The position numbers were made by a program, and so were the translations under genes. DNA of 64,000 bases from Chrysomallon squamiferum (taxonomy: Eukaryota; Animalia; Mollusca): the NCBI GenBank assembly GCA_012295275.1, contig CM022673.1, forward strand, positions 16,058,001 to 16,122,000, in the 5' to 3' direction. The notes beneath the pieces were generated by a model. It saw only the letters and a program-made list of their open reading frames with translations. It was not told the DNA's origin and did not search any database. Shown in pieces: positions 41,020 to 54,900 of the stretch; position 1 is the stretch's first letter, and each line of letters begins with the position of its first letter.

Positions 41020-42575
41020 ATTATTTTTTAGTTATTATTATTATTATTACAGATGACATGACAATGGAGGAGAATATCAAACATCAGGAAGAGGTAACGG
41101 ATGACAAACCATCTCCTCTGATTACCCTAGATTGTATAAAAAGAGATGATAATGGTATGTTAACAAATTAGATTTATGTGTCTGTGTTATCCGATTTGAT
41201 TTGATTTAGTTTGGTTTGATTCTTTTTGTTTATGTTCTTATTTATTTTATTATATTATATATATATATATATTAACACATTTATAAATTAAACTTTTTTT
41301 TTTTTTTTTTTTTGGGGATATCTTTGTTGAAATATAATACTATCTACACAACATTTTCTAATATTAGCCTACTGTTTTTGAGACTTAGGAGGTTTATAAT
41401 TTTATTTAGTTCCATGTTCGTTCAAAACAGCTTATTAATAATATGCAACAACCAGTTGCTCTAAAACAATCTATAAATAAGGACAATAACTCTAAGTGCG
41501 GGTAAAGTTATGTCAATATATTTAAAGAACTTAACAAATAGAGAACAGTACATTACTGCGAAAGATTTTACAGAATAAGCTCTACAGACTTGGCCTTTGA
41601 ACTCTTTCAGAATGTCGTCTGCTTTGGGAATTTATTCATCAGCTTCTTATGGATCCCAGCCACGCTGAACTGGTTATTTGGGAGAACCAAAATGATCTCA
41701 CATTTCGTATACTGAACCCAACTGGGCTGGCCAAACTCTGGGGCATGCAGAAAAATCGCACCAATATGACTTACGAAAAATTGTCAAGAGCTTTAAGATA
41801 CTACTACAAAATGAACATTATTAAGAAGGTTCCGGGGAAAAGACTCACCTACAGGTAAGTTGTATCCATATAATATATCCATGTCAGTGTTTGACAGGAA
41901 GACTTTCAGACCGACGTGACCGACAGACTAGCCGATCGACCGACTGAGTGATTGATTGTAATGGACGGGAAAATTGTTAATGTAGTCTACTCCATGATCT
42001 TATTTGTCTTCTTTTTTCTTTCTTTCTTCTGTTTCTTTAACAGATTTTTGCAGCATCCTCGAAACATTAAAAAAGGCCAGCGTGGCGCGAAACCTCACGT
42101 CAATAGAGAAGTAGCCATTTTGCCACAGCTTGGGAATTCAGTGAATGAAAGCGAGACTAACGAAATGTGTTTTGGCGACTCGCGGACTGTTCCGAACGAA
42201 GGAACTCCATTTTCAGACTCGGGTTCTCCTTTGCAGTCTTCTACGGAATGGGAACAGAGTCGGGAAGAAAACACAGGCAACAGGTCACAAGATTCTTATG
42301 ATCAATCATGTGATGTACAGTTTATTGATGGACGCCTGGTAACTATCCATAGTTCTCCTAATCGGCCCAGCGATTATTTACACTCAGTAAAACCAGAGTT
42401 TCCCGAACAGAACGAACCTGAAGACTTGTCGATGAAAAAAATGGCGAAGCCTTCCAAGTTAGAAACTAACGTTTTCGGGACAAATAAAACAAATGAAATA
42501 TTTGAGACTAACTTTCCTTACAGTTATAGCAGAGAGTTGCAAAGAATTCCTAAGAAAACAGAAGGTTGTAGCTGA
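33305..42575 (+). CDS. ETS-domain transcription factor, TEL/Yan (ETV6/ETV7-like) subfamily; ~494 aa
   Basis: Exons 33305-33386, 38330-38428, 39025-39192, 39932-40114, 40812-40886, 41053-41154, 41611-41854 and 42044-42575 join in frame (1485 nt) with GT-AG introns. The ETS domain ECRLLWEFIHQLL...[41 protein letters not shown] resembles ETV6. The last two exons are secure; the N-terminal exons are less certain. Confidence 0.85.
35306..35493. repeat. Hexamer tandem array (TTAAAA)n/(TTAGAA)n/(TTGAAA)n
   Basis: Direct reading. Confidence 0.9.
38429..38720. repeat. ~35-bp minisatellite starting at the ETS exon 5' splice site
   Basis: Units like GTAATCTACACGGTCTACACTTTATTGTTCTACAA alternate as A/B variants; ~7 copies. 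Confidence 0.85.
40929..41016. repeat. (GA)n microsatellite filling about half of a 166-nt ETS intron
   Basis: Direct reading. Confidence 0.95.
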
Positions 42576-43336
42576 TGCGAATTATAAAACTGTCAGAAAT
42601 TATGATATTGTAAGCATTCGAGATGCTTTCAGTCCTGAAGTGACAACATCGAAATAGCGAAGAGCGAGAGAAAGAGACAAAAAAAAAATGAAGAAAGAAT
42701 TTGTTTATTCCAAGTCTTTGGAATTTTAATTTCTAAAGTTTCTGTGTAAATTTAATATTAATTTATCTAAACAAAAGCTCTGTCGAGAAAGTCATTTGGT
42801 TTACGACACTGATTGAAAATTTTAAATTTTCATAAGTCATTTTATTCCGTGTTACACGATGTAACTTAATATTCTGTTATTTCAATTTTGACGTAATACC
42901 CAAGAACGCTGTTTTTATTTTTGAAGTGATGAAACATGAATCCCTGTGAATGTGATGTTTTCGACAATCTAACTGAAAAACACAGCCCAGCCTGTTCAGA
43001 CGCTCTACTATGATTATGATTTGAAATGATTTATCTTATGAGATTACATGACCATATTATTATAATGACAATTTGTGATCAGGCGATAGGTTAATTTGTA
43101 TATTACATGACATTTGGAAGGAAGAAAATGTTTTGTTTAATATTATCTCCAGAACACACTGTTTATTTATTTCTCTTGTTATTTCTTAATACGAGTTTTC
43201 CATATATTGAAGGAATATTTTATTTAATATTCCGCATAGAGAGGAATATAATATTCATGGAGATCTAACTGGAACTGAAAAATAATAACTCGAAGTAATA
43301 AGCAAGAAATATGCTATAAATGACAATATTCTAAGG

Positions 43337-43372
<36 letters not shown>

Positions 43373-44887
43373 ACCAACTGTCTCTAATGTACATACAAAT
43401 GTTACGTTATGACAAGAAAAATAATACTGTTACACAATTCAGTAAATGATATTCTGTTGTTATTTGTTAAATATTATTTTGTGAAATGTAATATATTCTA
43501 ACTAGTATTTTCTGTTATATTCTGCTACTGTTTGGCATTTAATCCTTATAAATGTTTCACAGATTTAACAGCTGTAATAAACAATAATAAACATTTAAGC
43601 TTAAAAGAACATTACAGCCAAACAGAAATCTGCAAATATATTGGTATACTTAATTAATAAAACAGCACAGATATGATGCATTTTATAAATATAGTCAATG
43701 CAATAAAAAGTCACCTAATTAATCATTAGACAAATTGTACGAAAACGGGTAATCAACGACCACTGAAGTTGCTAACGAAACGGCAACAAATTCATCTTCT
43801 TTCTTGTATCCGGTTTTTTTTTTTTCTTTCTTTCTTTTTTTAAATATCGTTTTACAAATTATTTATACAAGGCATACGGTTTTAACACCCTTTTGTGTTT
43901 GTTTTCGCTATTATTTTTTTAACGATTGTTTAACTGTTAATAAAATAAATGCACAAACAGAATTTTAAGAAAATTGTTTTTACAGGATGTAACTCATCAG
44001 TATCAATATCAAATTAATCCTCGAGTTTATTTTCTGTCGATTGACTTATAATAGCTATCACTTAATGGTGTGATAACCAACAGTGGATAAAATCCTCATT
44101 ATTTTATGTGTGTCACCACACTCGGTGTTTGACACAACATTAAAACGACAACAAGGAAATATCCAAGTGACAAATCTAATTTATTAACAGCTGGCGTCTT
44201 TTAGGTCTTCTCGCTATGATTCACATTTTAGCCTCGATCTTACACAATGTGATGGAAATTATATATTCTTTCAAACTGGGTTTAAATTATGTATTTTCAT
44301 TAGTTGTTTTTCTTCGTCTTCTTCATCTTCTTCTTCTTATTATTATTATTACAAATAAGATTATACATGTAGGAATATGTATATATATATAGATAGATAG
44401 ATATAGATAGATAGAGATATATAGATAGATAGATATAGATATATATTATACAGATTTATTTAAATTCGCCGCTAGAAAAATTGACGAGGGCACGCGCTAT
44501 CTCGAAAAGGTCTGTACACTAATAAAAGACAAAACTATTTATTTTAACCTGGGGTGATTTGATACAATTTAATGAGTTAAGAAACCTGTGACACAACATT
44601 GACAATCTGTGTCAAAGGAACAGTGGTCGGTTATTTCAATATTATCTTTACCTCTGTATGCTTATGTGATATTGACAAACATGCTATGCATTATTAATTA
44701 TAATAAAATGTAATTTTTTAATGTATTAAACTGATTTGATTTCTTTATTTATTGTTTTAACTCTTGAAAGTATGAAGTTTTAATTACAGTTATAAAATTA
44801 TACGAGTTTGCTCGTATTCAATAAAGGTATGTTTCAACATGGGGGTCACAAATTATGTGCATTATTAAGAATTCTTGAACAGAAGCT

Positions 44888-44922
<35 letters not shown>

Positions 44923-45841
44923 TTTTAAGCTTAACCTGAATTTAGTACATCAAACGAATACTACATTCTACGAAAAAATTACGATAAAATATCATTCGTT
45001 TAGTTTCATTAGTTTCTATATGCATTTCAGTTTGTATCTGATATGTAAAGGTGAATAATAATGCAGTACGATTAATACATAACGGGCTGCAGTCATGTTG
45101 TAAGGTGTAATTTCAGTTTTGAAGTTTGAATGGAAGGCAAGATGGTGAATGATTGTCGTCATCTAAAAGAACTTTGCGCAGTTTAAGTATTGAGTAATTC
45201 TTAATAAATTCACATTCTTATTAAAGAGAGACAATGGAAATTGTGGAGTTTATGATTGTAACAAAATAATTATGCAGCTAAATACATTTAAAATAAATTA
45301 ATTAACGCCTGTTATTTTCTAACAATTAGAAAAGTATATTGATACATTTAAATTATTATGATTAAATTTGTGTAGGCTACGTTATTTATAGCACAGCTGT
45401 GTATCACGTTTTACTGTTGTCAAATATTATGTAGTGTGTTTGTTTTTGGTTCTGCTGTGTAAGTCATTAGTAACACGGAATGTCGACAGTCGCAGACGAC
45501 TATAATTCTCTGCCATAATGTCATAATGTTGGGGTCATGGTTTCTGACATTTCCGGGTTGATTTACCTTTTTAATATGCCGACCGCACCTCCCACCCTTA
45601 CAAGAAAAAAAGTGTAAAAAGAAGAAAGTAAAACATAAAAGAAGTACAAGCTTTTAGCTTCACATATTATATACATTATACATACAATTGTACTTCGGCC
45701 AGGGTTTGAGTAACATCGTTTGCTACACCGCCAATTTTTCAAATTGTGCTTGCAAGTTTCATATAAAAACTGAAATTAGTGATTAAATATCTGTCTTAAA
45801 CACACAGACACACACACACATGTGCGATGTTTTGGATGGAA

Positions 45842-45872
<31 letters not shown>

Positions 45873-46780
45873 CCTTTGGACATTTAAAGCGAAAAAAAAA
45901 AAAACCCCCACAAAATACTGACCAATTAAATCATTAAAAAATGTATTATCTGCTTCTGTCCACGAGTGTACAATAAAAGTACAATTGAGTCTGTTTTCTA
46001 GTTTTGCATATTCTTTAAAATTTTATTACTGTTAAACATCCTAATAATAAATAAAACTACTAAATATATCCGTATCGTTATACCTACACCGAATCAGTAA
46101 CAACAATGAAAAAAGAACAACTTTTTTTATTATTTCTGAATCATTGCTTATAACACAAACATAATACAGCTTTAATTAAATCACAAATCATAAAAAAACT
46201 ATGAACAATATTAATCGAAAATTCTCCCAATTATGCATCAATAATGTCAGTGTTACTATTAATGTTGTGATCAAGATTTTCATTGTTTTAAAATTAAACG
46301 TATCTGAAATGGTATGAACAAGTTTTCTAAATAGATTTTGTAAATTTACAATTTACCGGGTTTCTTTTTTTCAGTATTGTTTTTTTTTTTTTACCCATTT
46401 TTGCTATTAACAAAGTATAATAATTAACAAGTACAAGAGAATGCAGATAAACGTCGTTGTGTAAATAAATATAAAAATAAAGTCTTACAGACTGAGTAAA
46501 GTATTGTAATGAGTTTGTGTTTTCAGTCAATACTGGATTTGTGTTGACATCTCTTTCAAATGATGTGAAAGAAAAGAAATACGTATGAGCCTTGGTGATA
46601 TTACTTTATTGTCATTCTTTATTATTAGCAACAACTGCTTGTAAGAAACAAAACAATAACTTCAAATCTCACAAAATGTATTTATGATATTTGTTTATAG
46701 AACAACTGGTACATTTTAAGATGAATGATTACTTTAAAACAACAATGATTTCAAATGTGATATTCCAATTTTGACACATA

Positions 46781-49700
46781 TTAAGATGGAGGATTTGGAG
46801 GGGGTGGTGGAGGTACTGGTGGAGCTGGAACAACTGGAGGTGGTGCCACAGAAGGAGGAACTGGGGGTAACACAGGGGGTGGGGGTGGAGCAGAAAGTGG
46901 CTGACCTGGTGGTGCAGGAGGAACAGGTATGGGGGGTGCTGGAGGCATTGATGTCGGGGGTCGATGTGGGGGAGGAGCCATTGGAGGAGGGCCAGATGGA
47001 GGTGGTGGTCTTGGTGGCATAGGCATCTGTAATCCCAGACCTGGAGGAGGCCCTGGGGGTGGAGGAAGTCTTGGAGGAGCTGGCATTTTGGGTGGCATTG
47101 GTGTCTGGGTTGGAGTTAGCTTGTCTGGCATCATATTCTTGGCATCAATCTTGAAAGCAAACTGGAGGAAAAACTGAAACAAGAAATGCATCAAATATAA
47201 CAAACTGATATAAAAACTATAATATAAATTACTACAATAACAACTTTAAATTTTGTTTTTATTACTATTCAGTTTCTAATAACTTACTTTTAACATTTAT
47301 ACATTTTGATATTTTAAAGTAAAAGACTGAAATATTTATAATATACATATATATATATTTTATTATTATTATTATTATTTTGTTAAATTATACACAAAAA
47401 AAACCTTGTGGGGGCGATTTCCTGTAAGCAAGTAGGAGGCGTTTTTGTAAATGCTTTTTTCTTTTTTAGACATAAAAGCACTTACGATGATCTCCCATGT
47501 ATAGTTTTATTTCAAAACACAGCAGTAGATGTAATCAAGTGAGATGAAATCCTATCCACATTAACAACAGAAGGTGAATGACAGATACAATGCTTCCTCA
47601 CGCCACTTAGGGTAGCGTGACAAGTCAAACTTAACTAACCTGTTTTGTTTCCTTGTTCCAAAAATTCCACAGTTTCTTAGGATCTTTATCTACTTCTCTG
47701 CTAGGAACCTGAAAAAAAAAGTGAAAAAAAAGAAAATCTTTATTTGTAAACAATAACAACACAGTGGACTGACATTGTAAAAAAAAATATATAATAATAA
47801 TAATTTTAAAAAAAACACCCACTGAATTTTAACCTTTAACACTGAAATATAATATTATGTTGAATAAAGAAAAATACAGTAAAATTTACTAATCAAAGTG
47901 TATTGTGATAACCTGAGTTAAGCCATATTCAAATTAAGTATACACACACTTTGGTATTCTGAGAAAATTTCACTTTATTAAACAAAGTTTCTCTCTATAC
48001 TAAATTTCATTTTCATTATAAAAATTTTCTTTTTCCTTCTGTCTATTTACATACATGTGTATTTGTATAATATAATATTATATATATGTGTGTATGTGTA
48101 TGATACAAAGAAACAATAATCGAAATATAAGATGTTATCTCAAAAAGAAAAAATTAAATTCAGAATTACACAGAACAGAACTGACTTTGAATGCGATTGT
48201 TTCGTAGGGTTCAGCAGCAAACAACAAATACTGCCATCTCCTGTCGGGTGGCTCCACCTTTTGTTCATATGCAGCCATGAAACGATACCTCGGATGTAGA
48301 CCCTCAACTATCTCTGGGTAGTCAATCTGGAAAACATTTAATGGTCTTAAATAAATAAATAAATAAGTTACCGTATATTCTGGCAATATATCATGTAAAT
48401 TAATAAAGCTTTATTATCACACAGTGTCAAAACTTTTCTATATAAATTTTACATCCAATTACCTGAAACAGAAGACTCTGCTGCAGAGTGTCTGGATCTC
48501 TTTGTTTTGTCACTGAAAAATAAATAACAATGTGAAAATAATTTTAAAAAATGGAGAATATCTTCATTTAACAAACTGTAACACATTTTGTAGAAATTTA
48601 GAGAGATAATTATTATATGAATCATATATGAAATAATATTAACTTCAGAATAAAAAGGAGAAAATGTAATACATGACTATAAAATGTGCATAGTTTTAGA
48701 CTAATATTTTATTAATAGCAAAGAAACACAATGTATTTTTAGGCATTTTTATTTTACATTTTTCTTAACCTCACTGATAAATTGCTTATTAACTAGTCTG
48801 TCAGTTTTTAATATTTCTCTGCATAACAATGTGTCACATCAGGAATAAAAAGAAAAGAAATAAAAGTGTCAGTCTACTTTTGTGGCTTATTATAATTTTA
48901 TCAAACTTTATTAGTAGTAAAGGATAGTTTGCAGTGATAAATAATACACACAAAATATATTTTACACCATTTATTAGAAGCACAATAATGTAACTGAACT
49001 AAAAGAAAATAAAGAAGTGTTCAGAATGTGTCCAGTATTGATTCAACTGTGAGAAATTTCAGCTGTGTGACATTTACCTTTGTAACCGGGACGGCCAATC
49101 TTAACAAATTTCCTGATCTCTACTTTGGTTTTCTCAGGGGCTGGTTGGGCAGGTGATTCTTTGGCTTCTTTGGCAGCTCGCCGTGCTCTGTAACAAGAAA
49201 AAATATATTTAACATTTAGTCTGGTCCTCTGTCTATGAACTTTAATAATGGCTGGTGTTCTACTTTTCTCATTACAAAATTTGTGAGGAAAGACCAACAA
49301 ATGTTAATAATATAACGTTTTCAAATAACTGAATACATCTCACATAATTAAATACAGTATATATTTAAGGGTTCCCCATTTTAGTCGGGTTAGGCTCTTA
49401 ACCATATGTCTATGTATACCAGGCTAGTGTCATAACGTCATAAAAACTTCAAATTTTTAATAATGGCGTGTATTAATAATGTTTTTAATTGCATATTATT
49501 GTTGCATTACTGTATTTATCTGTCTTTTTCTTTAAATTTGTTACTTTCTGTCAAAATTTGTGATAGAAAAGACCAACAAATGTTAATAATATAACGTTTC
49601 TTTCTGATTAAAATATTGTTTCAGTACAAAATTAAAATGTGTTTACATTATCATTTCATTAGTGAAAAATAACTGAATACATCTCACATAATTAAATAAT

Positions 49701-50651
49701 AGTTTGTCTGCATAGAGTCCAGAATCAGTTATCAGTTATGACGAGAATCCAGTTATACAGAATCCATTATATTACAGACACGTGGAGAAATAAATAAATA
49801 TTTCCAGTTATCACTGACTGACAATTTACAGAAAAAATATTATAAGATCTGGTAGTAAAAATAAATTTCTTAAAAATTAGAAAACAAAACAACTCACAAA
49901 TTAGCTTGATGTTTTTTGCCCTGCGTGTGAGCCAAGTAGCTTCCTTCATTGTTGTGTAAAGTTAGACATAATTTACATTCATATGAACCCAAGTGATTCT
50001 TCATAAAATATGGATCCTGAAAAAAGAAGATGTACATTGTGCAAAATACATTCAACATTAAAGTTTATTGTAGACTGAAAAAAAGGAAAACTTTTTAAAT
50101 TTCTACCTCAGTGTATTTTAATAAAACATGTTTTTAATGTATGGTATGAGACACAGAGTAGCAGTGTCTGTCAAATCATGGGTTTTTATCACTCACAAAC
50201 ACTAAGCAATCTCCAGTATGAAGGAAGGCTCACACAACCTCTGGTATATCAGTCACTGAAAACAGTGTAGCAGATCTTTGACCCATCTCAACTTAGAATG
50301 CACTCTATAGCCTATATTTCAGCTCTTGTGAAATTAGTGAATAATAATAGTTCTAAGCAAACATTAGACAAAAAAACTTTGTCCATTAATTGCAAATTAT
50401 TTAAAAGGGTTTTTTCCACCTTTTTCATCTTTTTCTTTTAGAAACACTACACATCAAGTTACTCATAAATGGCATTTTTTTCTAGATTTTGCAATGCAAA
50501 AAAGACATTCGTTGTAATTATTTACCTTGTTCAAATCAATGGTTTCTAAAGCGAGTTGTCGTAATCTTTCACGTCTGTCTCTGTTACTTTCAGAGGCAGA
50601 AGCAACTCCACCAGTCCCTGTTTTACCTCCAGCACGATGTTGAAAATCCAT
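46781..50651 (-). CDS. SF3A2: Splicing factor 3A subunit 2 (SAP62/Prp11), 335 aa
   Basis: Exons 50651-50526, 50016-49898, 49187-49078, 48512-48463, 48326-48186, 47708-47640 and 47173-46781 (1008 nt, GT-AG introns). Hallmarks: MDFQHRAGGKTG, RRERLRQLALETIDL, matrin-type zinc finger YECKLCLTLHNNEGSYLAHTQGKKH, KIGRPGYKV, WQYLLFAAEPYETIAFK, Pro-rich tail. Confidence 0.97.
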
Positions 50652-50776
50652 TTTACAGTTTCAGACACTGAACCTTAGTTCTAAATTAATCCAAAAAAAA
50701 AAAAATGTTTACAGATTAAATTATTTGATATTTAATTAAAATATATAAAACAGATAAACATGCTATAAAATTACTG

Positions 50777-50828
<52 letters not shown>

Positions 50829-51232
50829 ATTTTACATATTTCGATGAGGAACATGTTCGGTGTTCTTGGAATACAAACTGAAATGATATACTTTAAACTT
50901 AATTATTTATATACAATATATTGATAATATTCGCTGTCTCAAGCAGTTTACAGAAATGTCAGTAAAGAACAACCAGCTAAAATACACAAACAACTTAATT
51001 AGTGCGTGTGTATAAGCCTATACACACATGTAATGATGTATAATTATAATTTACGAAATAATAATCATATCGCTAACAGGATGAACTAAGATAAAATCAT
51101 AACTGCGTTTTTCAATAAAATAATTATAATTATGAAAAATTTAAGTTAATTTTTACGACTAATAGATGTGCTAAATATAGAGTTACAGTTAATAAAAACA
51201 AAAAGAAAGTTTAAATTTAGTTATATTTATAC

Positions 51233-51480
51233 CTAAATATAACAACACGTTGTAAATACGATCTTTTCTCTTCGCCGGTTATGATCGGCTTTATTCGGCG
51301 TTACCGGAGAAGAACGAAATTGGCAGGTGCCTGACGACGGTCTTGATTATCTATCTTTAAAATGACTAGACGTCATAGTCACAGAACTGCAACTAATTAG
51401 TCTCGGAACATCGAGACAGAATCTGAAAATGTCCTCCAGCAAAAATTCGCAACTTAACAAAATTTCATTTTCGATTTTTA
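51233..51480. promoter_or_regulatory. Bidirectional promoter shared by SF3A2 and the F-box/LRR gene
   Basis: CpG-rich patch between divergent start codons (50651 and 51970). SF3A2 5'UTR donor TAG|GTATAA at 51232 and acceptor at 50681. F-box gene acceptor TTTTAG at ~51939. Confidence 0.65.
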
Positions 51481-51969
51481 AGGTCTTGAGTTAACTATAT
51501 ATTACAGTAATTTTAACAAATTATTTCAGGATGTTAGTTTTTAATGCTCTTAAATTCTTACTGTAATATATATGATATATATTGGTGACTATTAGTTTCC
51601 ATATTCAGGACTATTTTTGTTTATGTTTATTGTTTATTCGTTTGTGTATTTTGGTATATCATTTTGTGACCGTGTCGGATGTCATTTTATGTCTAAATAT
51701 ATCAACCAAGCATACATTTCTAAAATCTATATATATTTTCTATTATAAGTAATTTGACTATTTTTGGTCAAGATAATGTTTTAAATACAAATTTATGTCA
51801 AATTACATCAACCTAGTATACTATATACATTCCAGGATTCCTAAAATCTAATACATATTTTCTTTCTTGTACAATTTGACTATATTTTGTCAGGATAATG
51901 TTTTAAATCTAAATTTCTATAAACTTTTATTCATTTTAGAGTAATACAATGAAATATTAACAGTTATCA

Positions 51970-54900
51970 ATGGATGAACCACTTGGAAGAGGTCATATGA
52001 TCAGTGAGAGAGGAGATGCTGTAGATACTATAGATGAAATTCGAAAGAAAAGACTGGCATATTTTAGTTCTCAACAGAAGTCCTCTGAAAGCACGGGCCA
52101 AAACACTTCAGATCTTCATTCAGTGAAAAACAAAGAAGACAGAGCTTCATGTAAAATTGTAACTTCTTTAGCAAAACGTAGAGATCAAAATATTACTGTT
52201 CAACAAACTGCTACAAAAAAGGCTACGGAAATTCATGGAGCAGAAAAATTATCTTTGGAGACACAAACATCTGATGGCAAAAAGCAGAAGGTACCAATGC
52301 CATCCACCTCTTTAAATGTTGCTCATTCATATGCCCAAGCTAATTCTGATTGGAAAAATCATGTGGATGGTTTATTTAAAGGCAGTCTGTCTGGTATTGA
52401 TTCTGCAGTGATAGAATCATGTGAGCTGGAAGGCTTTTCAGTTTTCAACAGTGAAGCTGATTTCAAGGATCTAGGTCTTTCTACTCATCGTCCAGATTCA
52501 GGTGGTGAACACAGGGATGTTTCACTGGGTAAAGACATTACTCAGGAAATAAAACAACTTTTAGGTGAGAGAAAATATCAAGAATTTGTAGACAAATCAG
52601 TAAAGGACATTAATGAGCTTTATCAGCACAAAACAACAGAAACATCTCCTCAACTGATTAAATCTTTGATTGAAGAAACTAGAGAGGATCATGGTGAAGC
52701 TGATGTGACAAGAAATTACCAAAGAAAGAAAGAAACACAACCATCGCAAGACATCAGAAAATTCAAAACTGAAATCCCATTGAATAACAGCAGTGCAAAA
52801 ATTAGGAGCCAGAGGCCAAGATTAAATAGGCCTCGCAAAGAACCAGTTCACATCCAAAATATTGTCACTAAAAATATAAAGGATTTAGAAAAAGAAGGGG
52901 AGGCATCGTCCAGTGTGAGGAATTACGATCAGGTGATAGTTCCCAGAAATGTGACATATTCTGCAGATGAAATCTATCGACAGGCTTTTGCTAAGGCTCA
53001 CAGTCATATTCCACCTCCTGGTTACCATGGCATTAATGCCGCAGGGATGACTTCATCAGGGGTGGCTACCAACCAAGTGTTTCAGTCCAGTGTAGGTTCA
53101 GCTCCCTCTGGTGCTGTGCAGTTTTCTTACCCTGGCCAGGTGGGTTCTTTTCCAAATCAGGCACCTTACCAGAACCAGGTGACATATCAGAGTCAAGGTC
53201 AGCCACAAATGATTCCTGTTTCCCAGGCTTTATATTACTCACCATATCAACCTTCAGATTACAGTCAAACCATCGTCACCTCCAATGGATATAATTACCA
53301 AGTTCCCAGCTATAATGGCAATTATCCAGGAAATCCACCCTATGCAGGAAATTACCCAATGCCTCTTTTCTACCCTGACTTCACCCAGCCACCACCAGGT
53401 TGGGGCATATTTAATCCAGCACAGACAGATTTTGTCCCTCACCCACCAGCTGAAAAGAAACAAGAAGGAAATAAATCTGATAAACAAACGTGGATGTCAC
53501 AGATGAATGATGAAGCCAATAATACAAATAATGAGGAACATGTTGTCCAGCCTTCACAGAGACATGTTGAAAAAATACGACAACATCACGAACAGAGGTA
53601 AAATTAAATCAGTTCTGTTAATATATGTTAACACAATGCATCAGCGAAATTCCTAATTTAAGTTATTAGGTGCCTTTCATGTTGTTTTGTAATGATGGTT
53701 TGAAAAGTTGCTGTTGACTTCCTATGAGAGAAATTTGTTAATTATTTTTGCTGCTCAGTATAGTCAGGAAAAAAAATACCATGAAGTTTGATTAATAAAT
53801 TTTGTAGTATTAGCAGAAGTGGTAACATACAATCTATTAGCATAATACCTTATTATTAAAAATATAGTAATATTTAGTTTATTAAACAGTGATCAGAATA
53901 CAAAATCTGTGAAACTGTAAATAGGGAACAAAAAATTGAAAACAATAGGTCTTAGCAATGTAATATTATAAGTTTCTAAAATTAATAAATAACTAATTTA
54001 TTTTTTTATTGTTTATTATATATTTGGGTGGGGGGCTGTGTTTTTTGGTGGGTTTTTTTTTGTTTCATTGATTTTTTTTAGAAGAGTAAGAATCTGGAAT
54101 TAATAATTTCACTTTTTATTCTTTTTTTTAATATATTAAATTAATTATAAAATTAAAAATCTATACATTTTTCTTTTTTTCTTTTAATTCTTTTCCTTTT
54201 TTTTCTTTTCTTTTTTTTTTTCATTTCTTTAAGAAGGCAAAAGCATGAAGACAAAATACCTCAGGGTAAACAGAAAAAGTTTGCATCAGCCTCTCTTGAC
54301 CGTTACTTCTCTTCACTGGAAAACATTCACAGCTCAGTGACTTTTGACGAGGAACAAGTACCAGACGACAGTGTCAGTCAAGCAGATGCAGATACTTGTT
54401 TCACTTCTGTTAGTGCTATAACAGAAACAAGTGTCCAAGCTGGAGGACTTACTGATAGACTAAAGAACATGGGGATTGATGTGAAACCAAATATAGGGTC
54501 TGAAACAGGGGGAGACACACAGGATGAGAAGCCTAAACAGAAATTGATAAAAGTCTGCCCTGAATGTGCTTCTTGGAATAAGAGCTACATGTCGTGGTGT
54601 GCTGATTGTGGGGAAATATTGATTGGTGTTGAGGTGATAGATGCAAAGGTGAAGAAACAAAAAGATAGAGAACTGAAAAGACAACAGAACAGAGAACAGC
54701 TGGCCAAGAGGAATGCTGCCACAACTGAAAAAAAAATATTCAAGGATTTTAACAGTGTTGACCAAAACAGTTTTGTCTTACATGTAGACAAAGAAGAGAT
54801 ATCAGAAGATCCAGTCACTGAAAAAAATTCTGAAGTAGATTCTAATGCAGTGAGAAACTGTGAAAAAGAAGAGCCTGCTCTGAATTTAAAACAGTCTGAA

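Noticed and set aside
44385-44525. Helitron-like end after a (GATA/TA)n tract
   Set aside because: No clear subterminal hairpin with a CTRR terminus could be identified.
46771-47177. Plus-strand Gly- and Val-rich ORFs
   Set aside because: Antisense shadows of the Pro-rich SF3A2 last exon.
49275-51920. Short local duplications (about 49275-49353 vs 49551-49698; 51712-51795 vs 51825-51920; also 57440-57640)
   Set aside because: Ordinary intronic tandem duplications with no sign of function.
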